Part shown: in pieces, positions 45,879 to 51,912 of the stretch
Position numbering within the stretch: position 1 is the stretch's first letter
Layout: each line of letters opens with the position of its first letter
Origin: an uncultured Gammaproteobacteria bacterium
Lineage (GTDB): Bacteria > Patescibacteriota > Microgenomatia > PFEM01 > JAPLYW01
Length of the DNA: 51,912 nt
Reading direction: 5' to 3'
Assembly: GCA_964546445.1 (NCBI GenBank)
Contig: CAZJJY010000001.1
Span: forward strand, 1 to 51,912
Program-made: the position numbers and the translations under genes
Notes under the pieces: generated by a model
Seen by the model: only the letters and a program-made list of their open reading frames with translations
Told to the model about the DNA's origin: nothing
The model's database searches: none

Positions 45879-46814
45879 ATGGATAACAAAATTTACGATT
45901 TAATTATTATTGGAACCGGCCCAGCGGGTCTAACGGCTTCTATTTATGCTTCAAGGTATCATCTTAATCATCTTGTTTTAGGTAGTAAAGAAGGAGGGTC
46001 TTTGAGTTTAGCGGCCGAGGTAGAGAATTATCCTGGTTTTAAAAAAATTGCAGGTTTAGATTTGGCCAATAAGATGATGGAGCAAGTTGAAGCTTTTGGA
46101 GTTGAAATTTTAGCTAAGGAAACAACGGGAATTGAAAAAAAAGATGGAGTCTTTAAAGTACAGTTTGATGGTGGCAAATTTCTTCAAGCAAAGACAATTA
46201 TTATTGCCACTGGAACAGAAAGAAGGAAGTTAAATGTTCCTGGCGAAACAGAATATTTAGGGAAAGGAGTTTCTTATTGCACTACTTGTGATGGTAACTT
46301 CTTCAAAGAAAAGGTAGTAGCTATGGTTGGTGGCTCTAATGCCGCCGCTTTAGGAACCTATCATTTATCTAATATTGTCAGTAAGATCTATCTTATTTAT
46401 CGAAAAAAACCACTTCGGGCGGAACCTTTTTGGCGAGAGAGGATTGAAAAAGAATCTAATATTGAGATCATTTATGAAACTAATGTAGTAGAGATTTTAG
46501 GAGATGAAGGTAAGGTTACCAAAATTAAGTTAGATAAACCTTATAAAAATAATCAAGAATTAACCTTGGATGGAGTTTTTATTGAAATAGGTGGAGTTCC
46601 AGGGACACAGTTAACTATCCCTTTAGGGGTTGATCTTGACGGGAGTGGTTTTATTAAAGTATCCTCGGATATGAAGACTAATATAGAGGGTATTTTTGCG
46701 GCTGGAGATGTGGCTAATGCTACCGGTGAATTTCATCAGATAGTTACTGCTACAGCTGAAGGTGCTTTAGCAGCTAATAGTGTTTATAAGTATTTGAAAG
46801 GAGGACAAAAATGA
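45879..46814 (+). CDS. trxB: Thioredoxin-disulfide reductase
   Basis: 311-aa ORF with the FAD motif IIIGTGPAGLTAS, redox CxxC CTTCDG, second dinucleotide motif VGGSNAA with YRKKPLRA, and GDVA. It starts immediately after the trxA stop. Confidence 0.88.
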   Translation: MDNKIYDLIIIGTGPAGLTASIYASRYHLNHLVLGSKEGGSLSLAAEVENYPGFKKIAGLDLANKMMEQVEAFGVEILAKETTGIEKKDGVFKVQFDGGKFLQAKTIIIATGTERRKLNVPGETEYLGKGVSYCTTCDGNFFKEKVVAMVGGSNAAALGTYHLSNIVSKIYLIYRKKPLRAEPFWRERIEKESNIEIIYETNVVEILGDEGKVTKIKLDKPYKNNQELTLDGVFIEIGGVPGTQLTIPLGVDLDGSGFIKVSSDMKTNIEGIFAAGDVANATGEFHQIVTATAEGALAANSVYKYLKGGQK

Positions 46815-47008
46815 AAACAGATATTGATAAAGATTTATGTATTGGATGTGGAACTTGCGTTTCAATTGCTCCCAAAAGTTTTAAACTTACTGATGATAGT
46901 AAAGTTGAGGTAATTGAACCTCAGGAGGATGATGAAGTCAAAATTAAGGAAGCTATTGACAGTTGTCCTGTTTTTGCGATAAAATCGATCGATCAAGATG
47001 AGAAATAA
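46811..47008 (+). CDS. Small single-cluster [4Fe-4S]/[3Fe-4S] ferredoxin
   Basis: 65-aa ORF with CIGCGTC plus a distal CP (DSCPVFAI), the layout of Thermotoga/Pyrococcus-type ferredoxins. ATGA overlap with trxB. Confidence 0.7.
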   Translation: MKTDIDKDLCIGCGTCVSIAPKSFKLTDDSKVEVIEPQEDDEVKIKEAIDSCPVFAIKSIDQDEK

Positions 47009-47702
47009 AGGTGGAATCAATTTTTTAACTTTAATTTTAGTAGCCGCTCTAGTAGCCGCTGCTTTTTTTGTTGGTCAATTTTCAGAGAAAGCAAAAGATA
47101 ATGACCCCCAAACTGTTCCACAAGCAGCTCAGGAAGAAGAAGGTCCAATAGTTTTAGGACAGGCAGAATTTGATTTAATTATTGAAGGAGCTCCCGCTAC
47201 TAAAGGGGATGAGAACGCTTCTATAACTATAGTTGAATTTTCTGAATATGAATGTCCTTTCTGTAAACGTTATGTAGATGAAACTTATGAACAGATTTTT
47301 GAAGAATATGGGGATAATATTTACTACGTTTTTAGAGATTATCCATTACCTTTTCATAATCATTCTCAAGAAACAGCTGAAGTAGCCAGGTGTGCTGGGG
47401 ATCAAGGAAGTTATTGGCCAATGCATGACATGCTTTTTGAAGGAAGAGATGAGTGGGCTGAAGAGACAGAAATTACCTCGACTTTAACAAGTTATGCTAA
47501 GAGCTTAGGGTTAGATACCCAAGCATTTAATTCTTGTTTATCTTCCGGCAAATATACTCAAGTGGTTAAAGATGATCTAGCCTTGGGAGATAAGGTAGGA
47601 GTAAGTGGGACACCAAGTTTTTTTGTCAACGGAGTAATGTTGGTTGGAGCTCAACCATTTGAGAGCTTTAAAGCTCTTATCGAGTCAGAATTAAACAAAT
47701 AA
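46998..47702 (+). CDS. Membrane-anchored DsbA-family thiol:disulfide oxidoreductase
   Basis: 234-aa ORF with an N-terminal TM helix, a CPFC active site and a GTPSFFVNG cis-Pro loop region. Confidence 0.75.
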   Translation: MRNKGGINFLTLILVAALVAAAFFVGQFSEKAKDNDPQTVPQAAQEEEGPIVLGQAEFDLIIEGAPATKGDENASITIVEFSEYECPFCKRYVDETYEQIFEEYGDNIYYVFRDYPLPFHNHSQETAEVARCAGDQGSYWPMHDMLFEGRDEWAEETEITSTLTSYAKSLGLDTQAFNSCLSSGKYTQVVKDDLALGDKVGVSGTPSFFVNGVMLVGAQPFESFKALIESELNK

Positions 47703-47720
47703 TGTTATCATATTTAAAGA

Positions 47721-48419
47721 ATGCTTTTAGAACTGCTGCAAAGTCAAGATCCGGGTGCATTAGGACCGATCAACTTCTTAAAACATGCTCTTTACTGGGC
47801 TGTTAACCAGGGTTTTCCTCTAGAATTTTTAGTTTTGATTTTACTTTTACCTCTAGCCGTTTCTCTAGTTGTTCTATTAAGGTATCTTGTTGGAATACAA
47901 GGTTTGGGTATTTTTACTCCAGTTATGATGGGGGTTATATTTTTAAATACCGGTCTTATACCTGGTATTGTAATTTTTCTAATAATTCTTCTTTTTGAAA
48001 TTTTAGCCATTTATCTTTTAAGAAGGTTCAAGATTCATTTTAGGGCCAAGATGTCCTTGGTTTTGTTAATGATTTGTTTTTCCTTTTTCCCTCTATTGAT
48101 TTTATTCCAAAGGCTTAATTTTCAACCTATTTTTAGTTCTGCTTTGACTTCTATTTTAGTTTTAATTCTTTTAGGTGAAAATTTAGCTGAAACCCAATTT
48201 AGAAAACCACCACAAAAGATTACTAAGATAACGATTGAGAATTTAATCTTGGCTACTTTATCATTTTTTATTCTAAGTTCTTACTTTTTGAGGAAAATGG
48301 CTATTTTATACCCAGAATTAACCATTTTAATTGCTTTATTAGCTAATATTATAGTTGGTCGTTTTACAGGTTTACGCTTGCTAGAATACCGTCGTTTTAG
48401 AAAGTTACTTAAAAAATAA
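47721..48419 (+). CDS. 7TM membrane protein of the type usually fused to an inactive transglutaminase (PF14402-like), here stand-alone
   Basis: 232-aa ORF that is almost all hydrophobic helices. VGIQGLGIFTPVMMGVIF and the C-terminal VGRFTGLRLLEYRRFRKL resemble that family (from memory). Confidence 0.5.
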   Translation: MLLELLQSQDPGALGPINFLKHALYWAVNQGFPLEFLVLILLLPLAVSLVVLLRYLVGIQGLGIFTPVMMGVIFLNTGLIPGIVIFLIILLFEILAIYLLRRFKIHFRAKMSLVLLMICFSFFPLLILFQRLNFQPIFSSALTSILVLILLGENLAETQFRKPPQKITKITIENLILATLSFFILSSYFLRKMAILYPELTILIALLANIIVGRFTGLRLLEYRRFRKLLKK

Positions 48420-49712
48420 ATGGCAAAAGCTTCTTCTATTTTAGGCCAGAATGCACGTAATCATCTTTTTCTGTCTTGCAATAAGAAAGAGGGGAAAAGG
48501 ATTGCCAATTCTAAACTTTTGACAAAAAAAGTTTTAAAAAAGCATGGCTTACCTACTCCTGCGGTTTTGGCTGTTCTCAGAACAGATAAAAAAGTTAATA
48601 ATTTCGTTTGGGAAGATTTGCCTAGTAACTTTGTTCTAAAACCTTCCCAAGGTTATGGTGGAGAAGGGGTGATTATTATTAAAAAGAAGGCTAAATGGGC
48701 TGGGGAATGGTATTTAATGGATAATTCTATTATTAATACCCAAGATTTAAAATTTCATGCTTTGGAGATTCTTTCTGGCAGATTTAGATTACACAATGTT
48801 CCTGATACGGCTTTTATAGAGGAAAGAATTAAAATTCAAAAGATTTTTACTAGATATGTTTATCATGGAGCTCCTGATATTAGAGTTTTAGTTTTTAATA
48901 AGGTTCCTGTGGCCGCTATGTTACGCTTGCCGACGAGGGAGTCAGAAGGAAAATCTAACCTTCATCAAGGAGCTATAGGGGCAGGAATTGATTTAGCAAC
49001 AGGTATCACTACTTATGGGATTGTGAATGGGCAATTTATTAAATATATTCCTGAAACAAAAAGAAAAATTAATGGTTTAAAAATTCCTCATTGGAATGAG
49101 ATTTTAAAACTTGCTGGTAAGGTTCAAGAAGCAATTCCTTCCCTGGGGTTTTTAGGAGTAGATATTATTTTAGATAAAGATAGGGGACCGATGATTCTAG
49201 AATTAAATGCTCGACCTGGGTTAGAAGTTCAAGTTGCCAATATGGCTCCTTTAAGAAAAAGATTGGAAAGGGTGGAAGATCTAGAAGTAAAGGATGTTGA
49301 TCATGGAGTCAAAATTGCTAAGGCTCTTTTTGCTGAACGCTTTGCTGATCGTGTTATGGCAGAAGAGGGGGTAAAAATAGTTAATACTTGGGAAAAGATA
49401 AGGCTTTTAGATAAAGATAAGAAAAGACATGAGATAAAGGCAAAGATAGATACAGGGGCTTGGAGAACCTCAATTGATGAAAATTTAGCCAATGATTTAG
49501 GTTTACTTAGGCCAGAGAATGTTTTATGGTCTAAAATCTATAAAAGTGGGTTAGGTGTGCAAGAAAGAGAAGTTATTGGTTTAAATTTCTACTTGGCTGG
49601 CCGGAAGATTAAGACAATTGCTAGTGTGGCTAAAAGAAGTGATCTAAGAGCACAAATGATTATTGGCCGTCGTGATTTAAGTGATTTTTTAGTTAAACCT
49701 AGGAAATTTTAA
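48420..49712 (+). CDS. ATP-grasp amino-acid ligase (RimK-related, alpha-L-glutamate-ligase-like) fused to a C-terminal retropepsin-like (PF05618/RimB-like) domain
   Basis: 430-aa ORF. N-terminal ~300 aa: ILGQNARNHLF, LKPSQGYGGEGVIII, DIRVLVFN, LELNARPGLEVQ. C-terminal ~115 aa: KAKIDTGAWRTSID (DTG at 49449-49457) and MIIGRRDLSDFLVKP. Confidence 0.7.
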   Translation: MAKASSILGQNARNHLFLSCNKKEGKRIANSKLLTKKVLKKHGLPTPAVLAVLRTDKKVNNFVWEDLPSNFVLKPSQGYGGEGVIIIKKKAKWAGEWYLMDNSIINTQDLKFHALEILSGRFRLHNVPDTAFIEERIKIQKIFTRYVYHGAPDIRVLVFNKVPVAAMLRLPTRESEGKSNLHQGAIGAGIDLATGITTYGIVNGQFIKYIPETKRKINGLKIPHWNEILKLAGKVQEAIPSLGFLGVDIILDKDRGPMILELNARPGLEVQVANMAPLRKRLERVEDLEVKDVDHGVKIAKALFAERFADRVMAEEGVKIVNTWEKIRLLDKDKKRHEIKAKIDTGAWRTSIDENLANDLGLLRPENVLWSKIYKSGLGVQEREVIGLNFYLAGRKIKTIASVAKRSDLRAQMIIGRRDLSDFLVKPRKF

Positions 49713-49754
49713 AAAATCTTCATTTATATTCCTTTAGATGTTAAAATTCAATCC

Positions 49755-50888
49755 ATGAAGAAAAAGAAAGTAGCCGTAGCCATGAGTGGGGGTGTTGACT
49801 CTGGTGTAGCGGCCGCTTTATTAGTTAAAGAAGGCTATCAATGTGCTGGTTTTCATATGGAATTGTGGAGTGAAAGAAAAGAAAAAGGTTTTAGAAATAA
49901 ATGTTGTGACCTTGAATCATCTAGAGCTGCTTTGCGAACAGCTCATAAATTAAAAATTCCTTTTTATACGATTGATTTAAAGGATATTTTTAAAGGAAAA
50001 GTCGTTGATTATTTTTTAGAATCCTATGCTTGTGGTTTAACTCCCAATCCTTGTATTAAATGCAATAAGTTGATTAAGTTTGGGGCATTATTAGATTATG
50101 TTAAGAAAAAAGGATATGATTATTTGGCCACAGGTCATTATGTAAAGGTTAAAAAAGATAAAAATGGTTATCAGCTTTTGGCTGGAGTGGATAAGACAAA
50201 AGATCAATCTTACTTTCTTTACAATTTTAATCAAAGGCAGTTGCCTTATCTTCTGTTTCCCTTGGGAAAATATAAGAAAAAAGATGTTGTTTATATGGCC
50301 AAAGAGATGGATTTACCAGTGGCCAATAGGCCTGAGTCACAAGAGATTTGTTTTTTTTCAGAAAACGATTATCGTCCCTTTTTAAAAAGAAATTTAGATA
50401 AAGAAATTAAATCTGGGGAAGTAGTGAATGTCAAGGGGAAAGTGATTGGGTTTCATTCAGGTATACCATTATATACTGTTGGACAGAGGCATGGCTTTAC
50501 TATTAGTAAGGGGCAAGCTTCTAATTTGCCGCCTTTTTATGTTATTGAGAAAAAAATGAAGACCAATCAATTAGTGGTTGGTTTTGGTAAAGAAACAGAA
50601 AGAAAAGAATTTTTGCTAAAGGATATTAATTGGATTAATATTGTTAAATTTAAAGGAAAAGGTTTTAAAACAAAACTAAAGGTTCGTTATCAGGGGGAGT
50701 TATTAAAAGCGAAGGTTTTAAGACAAGATGAGAAAGGAAAATGGTTAGTTATTTTAGATGAAGCCGAAAGAGGTATTTCTTCAGGTCAATCAGTTGTTTT
50801 TTACGAGAAAGATGAGGTGCTTGGAGGAGGGATAATTGATATTGACAAAATGGGTAAAAAATGTTTAAATGCCTCCAGTATGATTTAA
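49755..50888 (+). CDS. mnmA: tRNA 2-thiouridine(34) synthase
   Basis: 377-aa ORF with the PP-loop [13 protein letters not shown] and catalytic Cys contexts NPCIKCN and SQEICF. Confidence 0.92.
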   Translation: MKKKKVAVAMSGGVDSGVAAALLVKEGYQCAGFHMELWSERKEKGFRNKCCDLESSRAALRTAHKLKIPFYTIDLKDIFKGKVVDYFLESYACGLTPNPCIKCNKLIKFGALLDYVKKKGYDYLATGHYVKVKKDKNGYQLLAGVDKTKDQSYFLYNFNQRQLPYLLFPLGKYKKKDVVYMAKEMDLPVANRPESQEICFFSENDYRPFLKRNLDKEIKSGEVVNVKGKVIGFHSGIPLYTVGQRHGFTISKGQASNLPPFYVIEKKMKTNQLVVGFGKETERKEFLLKDINWINIVKFKGKGFKTKLKVRYQGELLKAKVLRQDEKGKWLVILDEAERGISSGQSVVFYEKDEVLGGGIIDIDKMGKKCLNASSMI

Positions 50889-50895
50889 GATCTAG

Positions 50896-50941
50896 CCAAG
50901 TTGAAAAAAGGCTTTTTAGCCCCCGCTTGGTGGGGTTTTTT
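50896..50941 (+). terminator. Structured region with a U-tract, possible terminator after mnmA
   Basis: CCAAG/CTTGG encloses GGCT-TTTT-AGCC, followed by CCCC...GGGG and TTTTTT. The stems are short. Confidence 0.35.
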
Positions 50942-50985
50942 AGTCAAAAAATTTGTTCTTTGACAATCAAGATGTAGTAGGAATT

Positions 50986-51912
<927 letters not shown>

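Overview
This 51.9-kb window is gene-dense and AT-rich (roughly one-third GC by eye, not computed), and most genes lie on the + strand. I support about 55 protein genes, three tRNAs, and the first ~925 nt of a 16S rRNA that runs off the 3' end. Adjacent genes often overlap by ATGA or a few nt. TGA is used as a stop, so this is the standard bacterial code, not UGA-recoded.

The content is mostly housekeeping genes of a reduced genome:
- A minimal Rrf2-NifS/IscS-IscU Fe-S module.
- A compact sugar-phosphate operon: tpiA, a LOG-like gene, pgk, gap, deoC, fba and a PfkB kinase.
- Two tandem class A PBPs plus a beta-lactamase-like hydrolase and a CPBP protease.
- A class II (B12) ribonucleotide reductase.
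- rarA, a Xer-like recombinase, ftsB, trpS and ftsH.
- A DNA-repair run: 5'-3' exonuclease, fpg, recF and an ATP-dependent ligase.
- A Fic protein.
- A Ca2+ P-type ATPase next to a CaCA exchanger.
- pth.
- A thioredoxin / TrxB / ferredoxin / DsbA-like block.
- mnmA.

The divergent, shortened 16S, the archaeal-type enzymes and the small proteins suggest a Patescibacteria/CPR-like bacterium. That placement is inference only.

Most noteworthy:
1. A two-gene module: a bare 7TM protein plus an ATP-grasp ligase fused to a retropepsin-like DTG domain.
2. An orphan VirD4/TraD-like ATPase with a large unassigned N-terminal domain and a coupled small ORF.
3. A tRNA-Ile with a genomically encoded UAU anticodon, plus two back-to-back CAU tRNAs.
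4. A LOG-superfamily gene translationally coupled inside the glycolytic/deoxyribose operon.
5. Nucleotide-identical tracts between the two PBP paralogues.
6. Compensatory base-pair swaps at universal-primer sites in the 16S.

No CRISPR array, transposase or clear prophage was seen.
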